A stretch of DNA of 64,000 bases. Source: Phoronis australis. Lineage: Eukaryota; Animalia; Phoronida. How positions within the stretch are numbered: the stretch's first letter is position 1; every line of letters starts with the position of its first letter. This document shows positions 1 to 12,400 of the stretch, one piece after another. The notes beneath the pieces are model-generated. The model saw only the letters and a program-made list of their open reading frames with translations, was not told where the DNA came from and did not search any database. The DNA is taken from positions 1 through 64,000 of the forward strand of contig NMRA01000933.1 in NCBI GenBank assembly GCA_002633005.1, written 5' to 3'. Made by a program: the position numbers and the translations under genes.

Positions 1-872
1 TGGTAAGGTTTGTCCTCGAATGCGGTCATCGCCACTACCTGACACATATTTTTAGGGCACAAGTTTAACTGATTCTATATTCTCTATTTGTTTGTCATGG
101 AGCAATTCGTTAGTTTTACTTACATGCATGTAATAGGTGTCGCTTATGTCGACCCACAACTGTATGAACTCTCTTATAATTGAGAATGGCCGCAGTATCG
201 GCCCGGTCTTATCGTGTAATCTGCGTATTTAACCAATATTTACAAATACATAATTTAACTGTGGGAAAGTTTATATTTTCTGAAAATACAAAGCCTGAAG
301 TCCTAAATTTTCAAAAGTTCTGTAGCATTGTAGTCAAGAACCAAAAAGTTAGTTCTGCTCCTCAACAACCCAGCATTCCATATGTCTGACCTAGATTTAA
401 TTTTTAAGGGGGCGCTGACTCAAAATCATCGAATTGGTGCCTGTCCTTCTTTGTTTACTACTACGACTATTCTTATCATTTTAAATAGAAAAAGTTTCTG
501 AATTGTTTTTGACCACCCAATTGGCGGAGAACCTCATTTTGTGCGCTTGCAATTTTTGCTCTCATAAAATCGATGTATCTGCTACCCGAATAGAAGCATT
601 GAAAGTATCACAAGTTAAGAAAACGCTTCAGATTTCTATAGAGTTGCCTAAGCCTAATTTTGCGAAAATGGTGCATGTCCAATGTAGCGCATATCTTAAT
701 TTGTTAAAGGCGAATGCCACCCGATTTAATTAGTCTTTTTTGCCGTCTTAATCGGTCTATTTCCACATCGCCTCGCATACGGTCGACCTTACCTTGCCAA
801 GAGGTGTCGCGTTAACCTGTGAGGAAGGTGCGAAACGACGCTAGCGACGTCAGTGGTTCATATGCAGAGTGA

Positions 873-1065
873 ATGCCGCTATGTTGCAGTGTATCGTTCC
901 CGCTTGTCCGAACTAAGCAGCCGCGAGGAAAGCGAGTATATCGTTTTTTTACTTCCTCGACAGTCCGAAATGCTTAGGAAGTGGCTCATGGTAGTGAAGA
1001 AGGAAATGTACGCTGTAAATAGCAAGTATGAGGCCGTGAAACATCTCCGTGTCTGTGGCCTGCAG
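873..1065 (+). pseudogene. Degenerate THAP zinc-finger relic (probably the 5' part of a Kolobok-type transposase)
   Basis: Across frameshifts it reads MPLCC/CIVPACPN*AAARKASISFFYF/..LRKWLMVVKKEMYAVNSKYEAVKHLRVCGL, colinear with the THAP at 24043-23858. A possible TTAA|GGGGGCGCTG terminus lies at 404-417. Confidence 0.7.
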
Positions 1066-2944
1066 ACGACGTCGACAGTGCCTCACGAATGCCGGCTTAC
1101 CAAATAACTCCATACGTTCCGTTGTCTGAGCTTGTTCACGGCGCCTCTCTAGTATTTCTTCATCACTGTATTCCTGTTCGAATTGATAGCTTGTAAAACT
1201 TAACGATCCACCTGCGAAGTCGGGATTGATGAGCCGCTATAGCTCGTCCTAAGTCGGGTTTGCGAGTTGCCATGTTGGCGTTTATTACTGGGTGTTCTGC
1301 TTCAAAATGAATTATTCTCACCCTAACCTATACTTATATAAAACTGAAACAAAGTCTGTCTCATTAGATGCAGTTTGTAATGCCTTTGGGTGTTCGTGAG
1401 TGCACGAAATGATTTGAGAAGCCAGCAATGAATAAGTCACTGCGTTACCGGCTTTAGGTGCAATAAAACTAATTGACGGGACAACGAGGCCGTGTGAGCT
1501 CATGCTAATTTAGTGTTTGCTGGCAGAAACTGTTGTGAAACAACTCGATTTCCACCCCACGACCAGGTGTTAGGGCAATCTTTATTTACATTTACATTAC
1601 TCAAATAATGATTGTCAATGTACAACTTCTGCCCTGACGGTGCTGTGGCCAAAGCGGAACTGAATTTGCGGCCCCCGACGAGTAAGTAGATTTGCAGTTT
1701 CGTGGCTAATTCACCAGCATAATCACGTGCACATTACTTTGGCTTACTAGTATAGTTTTTTCTTGACTGGAAGTTTAGTTTCCACTGAACTTTGGCTAGT
1801 TTGTTCGTGATTTCTGATCAGTCTCCGAGCCACTGGCCGGGATAACGAGTCAATCCGGCCGGCCGCGACGGGCCTGATCGGGCTCCGAGTCACTGGCCAG
1901 GATAACAAGCGTTTTGTGTTTAGAACTCAGAAAATCACAAGTCTAAACAACACAGATCTTGGTTCTCCTGTCTGTATATCACGGAAAATACTTCGAAATT
2001 ATCTCCGAACACACTCCAAACTCCTACTACGGACCTTATTGGCCTGCCGAACTTTGTTGGCTACGGTGTGTCCAAATACCAATAAATCCGTGAGAGCGAA
2101 ATAAAACAACACGTTTTTGTAAGAACTCGGTGTATTTTTAAGGGTTTTACATCGAAGTTTGATGATTTATTGGTGCTAAACGATGACTCCAAGCGATAAG
2201 CTGACACCAGTAACCCGTGTTGTGAACTGCTGAACAGAATGCGTGTGAAACCGATGACGTAATTGGATAATTTCAACACCTCCGTCTGCCGTCATTTGTG
2301 TCGTTATGGAGTAGAACTACTCGTTCTAAATTGATACAAATTAGTTTGTTTTTTGGGTGGCATGCTCCTTTAACGGAAATAGAAACGGAAAGACATGAAA
2401 CCGATTTTATGGGAGGAAAAGGCGTAGTTTGGTTTTCGTTTTTTATCCAGATAAATACGACGAAAGCGGCTAAAATGCGAAATTTCGATTGAGTCCACTT
2501 ATTGCCATACAAAAGGGCTGTCCCGGATTACACAGCGATAGAACTCTCCCTTGTCCCGGATATAAGAAAGCGCGTTACCTAGTTTTGGAAATCAGGCACA
2601 TTTTCGTGCTTCTCATTGATGTTGGGAATGGAAAGAATTTCAGATCACGCATCCACGGATATTAACCCAGTTTATCAAACTTTTTCACGTCGGAATTGCT
2701 GCCCACAACACAGCAATAATACTTCGTTGGCATTAGAAAGACGAATAGAGTAATGCAACCGAGAACAACTCGAAAATAACCCGACAACAACAAATACATG
2801 TGAAACTCCAGTGGCACAAAAACGAGGCAGCAAATGTGCCTGACGGATGTTTACGGCATTGTGGGTAAATACAGTGAGATTCGAGTGTCGTTGTGTAATC
2901 AGGGACTTATTGCTTTTTTCTCAGATGAGAGGTGATTTATCACA

Positions 2945-3140
2945 GTTCAGTATTCGCTGAGACCATGCTCGGTGCATAAAATGACACGCTGAGACAAGCA
3001 ACTTTGTTGCACCTGATCCCAAATAAACGCGAACTGTCAGTGCTTTCAAAGCTCTGAAATTGCCTGTAATTTTTAGCTAAGGACCAATTTCATAAGCGTA
3101 AATGGTCTAAATCAAAACTTAGTTTTCGTGACGGAAAGTC
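2945..3140 (+). repeat. Dispersed ~190-bp repeat, copy 1 (copy 2 at ~11090-11292)
   Basis: Shared blocks gagaccatgct..aaaatgac..acaagc and gaccaatttcataa..gtaaatggtctaaatcaaaa. Confidence 0.7.
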
Positions 3141-3201
3141 TATGCGGCATGTAACGATTGTTTTAATGAATGTCTAACGTTTTCCTCGTGTTCACTTCAA
3201 G

Positions 3202-3429
3202 GGCTTTAAAAAGAAGGCTACACAGAAAACAAACATCGAAAGCCACCTAAGAACGTTACCGTGCAGTACGTTTTTCAAGATGTTTCCGTTCCACATCTTG
3301 TTTGACCGCCAGCTAATTATTCAAAGTGTGGGCGACAGTCTGACAGCGGTATTCAGTGACATCAGAGGTCAACAACTGGACGACGTATTTACAATGAATC
3401 GTCCTCTGTTGGAGTTTACCTGGGATAAC
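3202..3429 (+). CDS. Gyc88E: sGC exon, start of HNOBA/PAS region
   Basis: ttcaag| acceptor; [76 protein letters not shown]; |gtaagc donor. Not present in the ORF track. Confidence 0.9.
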
Positions 3430-6400
3430 GTAAGCGTTTTAGCAGTTTGAGGGGTGGCATCGAACCCCTGCTACGGGCCTCAGGCTTTTTACCACTCACC
3501 AAAAGCACTTATCATACTCGCAATAACTCTTACCACGCTTGTAGTGCAAAGCGCAAACTTCAGCTGAGTTACAGATGTGCGTGGCAAGTGTGTTTGCGCA
3601 TGAATGGTTGTAGTTCAAGCTCCGTCTTCTTTGTGCGTGGTAAGTCTCTGTAGTTCTTTACAGCCGTTTCCTGGAGAAGTGAGGGCTCATCTCCCCATGG
3701 TGAGTGAATTAATTCACAATAGTTGTTCTATCGCCACACCTTTACAGAGCAGGACTGTAGATCAGCAACTGTTCAAAGGTTCATTTACCTTCGGTTCTTA
3801 CCATATTTTAAAGTTACAAATTAATGCTGATTTACTGTGAAAATGACTTCACCTCCTAAACGAAGACATCCAATAAAAATCTGACTCACATTCCAATCCC
3901 TATGAAAGACAATGTATTTTGCCAGAAATGCGTGCCCCCGATCGACACAAAAACGGGTATATACAATAAATGTTTCGCATGGCAAATAATAATTGAAGTA
4001 CAAGTCTTAGAACATTAAACAAGATTACATATCTGTTGCAAAACGATATGTAGTCGTAATTGATAATGGAATTGCAATCGTCTGCGATTTGCCCTTCCAA
4101 ATAACATTGCTTGTGTGTGTTGTACCAAATAAGATAAAACGTTTTGGGATTCAGGCAAGACTGTCGATCGCAAGTGCCCCCACGCTACTCCATAAAATGG
4201 GAAGTATAATTAAAGACTGACATCGTGAAACAAAATCAATCTGTTTTCAAGAGAATTCCAATCAATTTAATTAATTTAATCACATGTGACTTTTCAGTAA
4301 TCCATGTAAATTTCACATTTTTGTCAGAGGTGCTTCTGCTCACAATTACGGAAAACAATTTGGTAATCCCCACTTTGTTTCGAATATTTTCCTATTTTTT
4401 GCGACTGAAGAATTGCAAGCGAATCGCACGACGAGAAGTGGTACATGAGAGTGAGGCAAAGTTGCTCAGTTCTCTTAGTTTAGTCGTCAGAGCGCATGAA
4501 CTTTCTGATTTTCACTCTCAATACACGATATCACTGTTTCGAGTTGAGCATGCGCATCGCGTGCGCACTCACGTGCGCACTCGCGTGGTGGTGAGCTAGG
4601 TTGATTCACAGAACTGTCGGAATGGAATGCCAGCTCCCGTGCATGACCCATACATTCTAGTGTTGGAATTTGCAACGTTGAAATTTCACGGTACTAAGTA
4701 CGAGAGTTTACAGCGTGAATTTCCGGTTATCTGCTCGACTGAATTTTTTGATACATTTTTTTCCCAAAAGCTCAAAAAATTGTACAACACAAGTCATAAT
4801 GATATAAACACATACACCACGCAAAAAATCTAGTGACTTCACATTACAGAAATAAATGTGTCACAATTTCTGGGTCTTGCGTAAAAATGTACTAGCAAAA
4901 GACTCCGAGGCGTCTATTTTATAAAAATATGAATTTGAACTTAATATTCTATAAACTAGTCGATACCGAAACCGTCTAACTTTAACACCAAGAGAAAAAT
5001 TAAGCGTAAAATACAATGTTTTCCAACCCATACAGTAGTTAATTTATTGCCGATTTCAGAAATACATTTATGCTGTGCTACCGGTTTTATTCTCAATATG
5101 TAAAATCCTACACTGCAGGCAATGTACAGTATATTTCACATTGACACAATAGATATTACCTATTTTCATCTATTAGAAAACCCTTACCTGAAATTTTCAA
5201 ATAATAAGTCTAGTCTAATTAGTTTATCATATTTTTTTTGCAAATATAATTGCATCCTGAATTTTTACTGAAGAATGTTGTGTCACAAGGCTCCAAAGAT
5301 GAACACGAAAACCCGTAAAAATACCTTATAAACACATCAAAGCGAATTTCCTTTTTGGGTATGCTAACGTGAGAGATATTTACTTGGAACAATGCAGGAA
5401 TTTCCAGAAAAAATCGTCATATTCAATATTTTGAAACGCAGGCGAAATATATACTCGTTCATCTCAGTACTGTTTTCAAGTTCTCCGCCCCTAATAATAC
5501 GTATGTGCGCTAAAAAATTCGGACTGAAGCTGGCTCCAATGTTTTGTTTACGTGAAAGCTCAAAGGTCACATTTTTCATATAAGGGAAATGTGCTATGTA
5601 TGTGTCTTGTCTTACCAAAAAAGGAGGCGTGCTTTGACTTTTGGGAGATTTTTTTTAAATTTTAACTAAAGGAAATGCTTTAACATGAACAAAAATTCAA
5701 AATCTTTACCAACAAACCGTAAAAATGATTAGTTAACACTTTGACTTTTATTTCAGTGGCATAAAGCCTCTTTGAATAATGCAATTTAGTTTGTTTTTCA
5801 CGTTCTATGTCCGTTTAACTAAAGTAATCAAACGTTCGATATAATTGAAGGATTTTGGCTAACCATAGCCATAGAATGCAAAACTAAGATCGCCTTATTC
5901 AGGAAGAAAACGCTAATCAGAAATTTTACTTTGATTTTGTGTCAGTAGCGGCGAGTTAGAATTCGACCCACAATTAGACGTTACTCAACCAAATCAATCT
6001 AGACTGCAGATCTTTTCTTATTAAAAAAATTGGATAACTTCACATACTCCTAATATTTTGTTCCTTTAATTAAGTACACCCATAGACGTGTACCATTGTA
6101 TTACTATTCTGTCCGTGGTAAAACTTGTTTATCGAAATAGCCTCACAGATTGCACCTGCGCACACGTTTGCAAGACAAAATTAGTCGAAGACATCACTTC
6201 CGTGGTCTCTGGAATTAATTCCTGTGAAACTCCCACATGGCGTGCCACGCGACGAAGTGTTACGTCTAAGAAATACCTGAACCATGATACAGATTCCCAT
6301 GAGTAAAAATGTCCTTCTTAGGAAAACCCAATTTGTTGTTGCCATAGTTACAGTTAGTAGATACATTGAATTCGATTATTGATAAAAAGGTAATAGGAAA

Positions 6401-9400
6401 TGTGGTTTATACTTTCAAAGTAAATCAGAGAGGTAGCAAATTGAAAACTTGATTAAGATAATTACTGGCGTAATTGTAAACCTTGTTACTACGGTAACAT
6501 CTTCAAAGTAGAAAGTTCACGGATATACCGATTAAAGTAAAACGAAAAAAAATCATACATCTGGTTGGACGTTTAATGTAACGTTTTTATGCACTCGATG
6601 TCACTTTACTACAGATATAGCTGAAAATTCAAGGTTAATTGCATTAGAATAGGAAGAAAGTCTCGCAAAAGGGCAACTATTCCACCAATTTCCTGTCAAA
6701 TACCTCGAACCTTAGTCTAGGTACATACATGAAGTTTCAGATGTCACAGAAAAAAGACTGCGACGAAGACAACGGCGATGATAACGATGACATTGCTGCT
6801 ATCTTATTGATACGAATAACACCATGACGTGCGCATGTCAATGAAAGTTAAAAGGCAACCCAAAACTCGTTTCCAACGTCACTGCTTGCAGTTAATGAAT
6901 AATTAATTAACTGAATTAGACTGAAAATTCCCAAGTAAAAGAATTGACAAAAGTATGATTCTCTAGCTGGACAGTGCATACGTGACGTTATTGCTACATT
7001 TTTTGACGTTATCAGACCTGTACTTCGCCGATCCCTCCGCACACACAGTTACAAAAGTCAAACCGTTCAATATGTGTTTTTACTGTTTGCTCATAAAAAT
7101 TTTGAATTTTTGTTGACGTCATATCATTTTTCCTCTAGTTTCAAATTTAAAAAATGATTTGTCAACTGCTTGTCCCTTCGTCGACGTTTCTCTCACACTG
7201 CAAGGCACGTCTCCTTATTTGGTATGATTTAGACGCAGCACATTTCCCTAAATAAATGGAAAATGTGACTTTTAACCTTGGAGGAAGAAAACAAAGTGGC
7301 GTTTTCAAGCAAGCATTAGCCTATCCAACTTCTTTGAGCGCATGTTATTAGGGGCGTAGAAATTAAAAACTGTGTTGGGATACGTTTTGATTTCGTCTGC
7401 GTTTCAAAACTAATGAATCTGAAATTCTTGCAAGGTTCAAAGTGAATAAATCTCACGCTAGCTTCCCCAACAAGTAGATTCGCGACGATCTGTTTCAAGG
7501 TATTTTTTGTTTCTCGCGTTCCATGCCTCTTTGAGGGTTCTTCACAAATGAGGCATCAGTGCTACTGTGCGTTCCCTAAACAACCTCGCGAAAACGCAAA
7601 ACAGGCAAGATCTCGTGAGATTTTGCCATGCATTACAAGCTAAGCGCGTGATCACACTGGCTTCCTTCGCAACTCTTGGATCTACGGAACTCTTAGCACC
7701 ACTTGACGCATGCACGAGAAAAGTTACAATGAAGCCGAAACATACACAAAACGTACCGAGAGTGGCGTAGATGAAGTAATGTCCCAGGAGACATTATTCC
7801 GCGTACCGAACGAGATCGAAATTTATCCCATGCACTTCGAATTCCTAATTTTTTTTCATTTTTCGGCAGATTTTTTAAACACTTCACCCAGACTGTTCAC
7901 GTGGCGGATCACATCCTACATATATGTACTTGTGCGTTAGGTTACAAATTTTCTCTAGTAAAAGAAAATGTTTCAATGTAACGATTTCTTACTTAAAAAG
8001 AGATAACAAAAATAAAAACAACGGTAACTGTGAATTGAACTTGTAACATTGCCTGAAAATAGTGAAATAACAACAATATTTGATATTGTAGTTAACGAGG
8101 AATCGGCGCTTGAGTTACAGAAGATATAATACTTAGCAATCGAAAACTAAGACTATAGAAGTGTCGTAAAATTAACAGTTTTGTACCAGATGTTACAGTT
8201 GGGACCTCAGTGGAAGTTGAATGTTATTTATACTGCTGCAATTTTATTACTTTAAACTATTTTGGGAAAGTTTGATGATCAAACCGTCGAGTCGACATTG
8301 ACGTACCTTTTGAAATTTCCGTGTCAGATGACACTGTTGAAGTTGTGTGGGAGGTGAATACGGAAAACAGAATCACATGTCCGCATTGCACTCTACTGAT
8401 TCAAATGGGATAAATTGATTCATTTTGATGTTTTATAACACTGTTCTCAAGATTGCTGAACGTTCTCTTAACAGGTAGCCGCTACATACACAAAACGTAC
8501 CGAGAGTGGCGTTGATGAAGTAATATCCCACGAGACATTATTCCGCACGCAGAATAATGTCGCATCAAACTCCTAAGTTTCTTTCATTTTTTCGCCTGAT
8601 TTTTCAAATACTTCACTCAAGACTGTTCACGTGGCGGATCACATCCTATATTTATGCTCTTGCGCGTTAGGTTGCAAGTTTTCTCTAATAAAAGAAACAA
8701 TTTTATAAATGTAACGACTTATTACTTGAAAACAGATAAACAAGATGAAAGCAACAGAAACTGTGCATTGAAGTTGTAACATCTCCTAAAAATAGTTAAT
8801 AACAGCAACATTTCATATCGTAGTTGCCGAGGAATCGGCGCCTGAGTTGCAGACGACATCATATTTAGCAACTGAAAATTGAGACAGAACTGTCATATAA
8901 TTAACAATCTTGTTCCGGATGTTACGATTGAGACCTGATTGCCTGTTGAGTGTTACTCACAATGTTGCACTTGCATTACTTTAAACTATTTTCCGAAAGT
9001 TTGATGATGGAACCGACTATCGACGTCGAGTAGACATTGACCTACCTTTTGAACTTTCCATGTCAGAGGTCGCTGTTGAAGTAGTGCAGGAAATGAATAA
9101 GGAAAACATTATTACATGGCTGATTCAACGCGTATGGGATAATGTATGATATAACAAATACATTTCGAGAGATCGAAGTAGTTTTTGCGTCGTTTGATAT
9201 AATTAAAACTAAATTGCTAATTGATCTACTGCGGTTCTGCTAACCATGAAGTCCCTCACTTAAGTTCAAAGCCTTGCATCCGGGTATAGACTTCTATAAG
9301 ACCTTGGCCCATCCGGGAACACCTCGAGTATTTTCGTAGCCTCAAATATGGTAGTTGTGGCCATATCTCGCACAGTTCGTTATTCTTGGCATCTATAAGA

Positions 9401-12400
9401 CAGAAATGAAAAGCAAAGGTCTGCGGAGGAGCTTCCCTTAAGTTTCCTTGTAGTCATTATGCGCTACTTGTAATCTGATTAGACGTCTACTAAATATAAC
9501 AAGCAGTTTTTAGATGAAATTATCAACACTGCCACAAATTGGCTGAAAAAATCAAAATACGCAAAACCCCTTGTTTTTAACCATTGTACCTCTAAAACAG
9601 AGCCAACAATGAATAGTGCGTTATTCAGGGTAAACAACCTTCCCCATTCATAGATCTTGTTCTCATTAACAGTGTTCTTTTCTCATTAACACACTTATTC
9701 TCTCACGAGCTGTATTTTTTCTCACGTGACGTACACTCTGTCCTTTTAAGTACAACTCTTTTTTCCATTTGCCGCATAACTTCCGAAATCAGGTGTACAA
9801 GCAGGTGTACAAGCGCATGTTGAATACATTGTAATAAGGACGTCCTGCATAGTGCGAGTTGTGAAAAGGAATAGGGTAGACCGTAAAATAACTGAAGGTC
9901 GTAAGAAAAGAATAGCGTTAACTAGAGTGGTCGTTGTTATTGAGAAAACGTGTTGGTAGTTAGAGATGTAAACTGCTTAACCTATAATTGTTATTACAGA
10001 TTAATGCACACCAAAACAACACGTTCGAGTTCACTTCTCTCGAGTCGGTATCAACGAATTCGACTGTGGATGATGATGCGACAGACAGCGAAAGCCTTCC
10101 TATGGGTAGGATTGATTTGAAAATGATACGCTACGCTGTCGAGAAAGGGGGTGGTGGCGAACTGACAAGCGATGAAAATGGAAGCCCTTATCGAAGTGCA
10201 TTAATTATCACTGGACGAGTTGAAACTGCATTTTTTATGGGGGAGACTTCGATTTCGAGACGGGCTTGCATAGTAGCGTGGCAGCCTGTTTGACGTGCAA
10301 TTTGAGTGTGATGAAAAAGCACTTGATTTTACACTTTCACTGTGTGGGACGAGTGACGCATGCTAGTATTTGTATTAGAAAAAAATGCATGATAGATTAA
10401 TGCGAATGTGGTCTCAACAGCTCCTTACTAATTAACTTAACGCAAAATTATAACAAAAAAACTCAAAATACATGTATTTTTCAAATATGTTCACCTTGTT
10501 TAGGCAATCATAAATAAGATAAAAATGCCCATTTTATATTTACAGTGGGCGAGGCACATACAATGTTATCTATTATCTGTTACATGCATGTTGATGCCAA
10601 GTGCCACCGCAGAAATTGATAAATTCTTAATTTACAAATACTATCACTGGCACAAGGGGACCATGGTCATGTTAATTGCAAAAGCGTCTCCTGGTCGCCC
10701 CTCATTTCACCCCCGGTCGCCAACAATACTTGTGGCTACGCCACATTTTAATACTTCTGATTATGCTTATAATACATGATATCAATGACTTGGACAGCTC
10801 TCTGTTCTTTTTTAAAGGTACCGACTTCGAGACGATGAGCACCTCTACATCAGTGATAACAAAATCGCATGACAACATGCTTCATTTACGAGGTCAGATT
10901 ATTTACGTGGACGACTGGGACACGTCACTCTTTCTTGGGACACCCGTGTAAGTACTCCACCTCGCGGGTATCATAAGAACATGAATGTGTTCTTGAGTCT
11001 TACACGCTTTCTAAGTGCCTACGAGGGAAAAAGAACTGTTGATCTAAACTGCTATTGAAATTGGTCTCAGGTTATTCTCAGTCAGTTTGTTATTCCATGA
11101 GACCATGCTTCAGTCGACGCACAAAATGACGAGCCGTCACAAGCCAACTTGAGCGTCGAGATGTCAGGCAACAACGATCTGTCAGTTCTGTCGAAGCCTT
11201 AAAAGCTTCTCTAATGTGATTACGGGGAAGTTTGAGACCAATTTCATAACGGTAAATGGTCTAAATCAAAAGTTTTTTTTTGTGATGGAAGGAGGGCTTA
11301 TAGACGCTTCAACGGAACGAAGTAACATTCCCACCACGTCGAGTCGGCTCATCAACAACTGCAAATCGATGACATTTAGGGAGTCCGCTCAAAATTAGTT
11401 CAGCAAAATACCGTTTTAAATCGAGATTGACACCAAGCAGCAAAAGTAAAACCAGGTTATGAAAAGCACAAATGGTCACTTAACAATACTTATGCATGGG
11501 TGAGCAGCACTGAAATAAGTAGGGGAGGCCATAGCCCCCAACCCCCTATGGTGCCACGCCCATGTGGTTCCTTGAGTATACAAGCAAATGCATCCTCTTC
11601 TGAAAGGAGATAATTCTGACCTTGCAGCGTTTCTGCAATGATTAGCTATTCAGTTTATCTCACTAGATTTCTGCGTATAGATCATAATAATTTTACTGGG
11701 TCACTCTACTGCAGAGGTGGCGCTTTGAGGGGACTTGTTTTTTACCCGTTTGCTTCGTAAGCCAACACTGCAGTCGAGTCATTCTCGCCACTTGTATGAT
11801 TGTGTTTCTAACATTTCGTAAACTGCACATAACGCCATGTATAAGATTTTTGTCACGTGAAGTCAATATAATTATAGTGTGCTTTCAACGGGGATCCTCC
11901 TGTACCGTCGAAGTCCTCGCAACTCAGGTTACTTGTCCTGGGCGCGTGCTTTTTTGCGTCAACAACACGTGCTTGAAGCTAACCCATTGCAGTCCTAGGT
12001 CAGTGATTCATATTTCTCCCTCGTGCCTGTACTCTGTAACATGCATTTCCCACTTCAGACTGAACACAGTCACGGATATGGCACGTATTGGGCTCTTTGT
12101 GAACGACTTCAGCATATGCGACTCAACAAGGGACTTGATAATGGCAGGAACACAACAATCTGTTGAACTCAAGTTGGCCCTTGATCAGGTAAGCACGACC
12201 ACGTGGCCAAGTTGCATAAAAATGTAAAACCGCTATACCATGACGGCGACATCCCGTTGCTCCCAACTTCTTGTTCGATTGTATAGCCCAACAACAAGTT
12301 GGGAAGTTTACCCCCGTAGCCAATTAACTCCATTCTAGCGTTGATGGTTGGAGGGCCTGCGCTCTTTTGTTTGATAATTGCTCTAATCTCCGATCAAATC

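Noticed and set aside
1-8. tg|gtaagg as the donor of the preceding sGC exon
   Set aside because: The exon would lie outside the window, so it cannot be tested; no H-NOX coding sequence was recognised in 1-3200
1814-1910. Two-copy ~60-bp GC-rich direct repeat (ctgatc..ctccgag.cactggcc.ggataac)
   Set aside because: Real but short; most likely internal to an unidentified TE fragment, and no function can be supported
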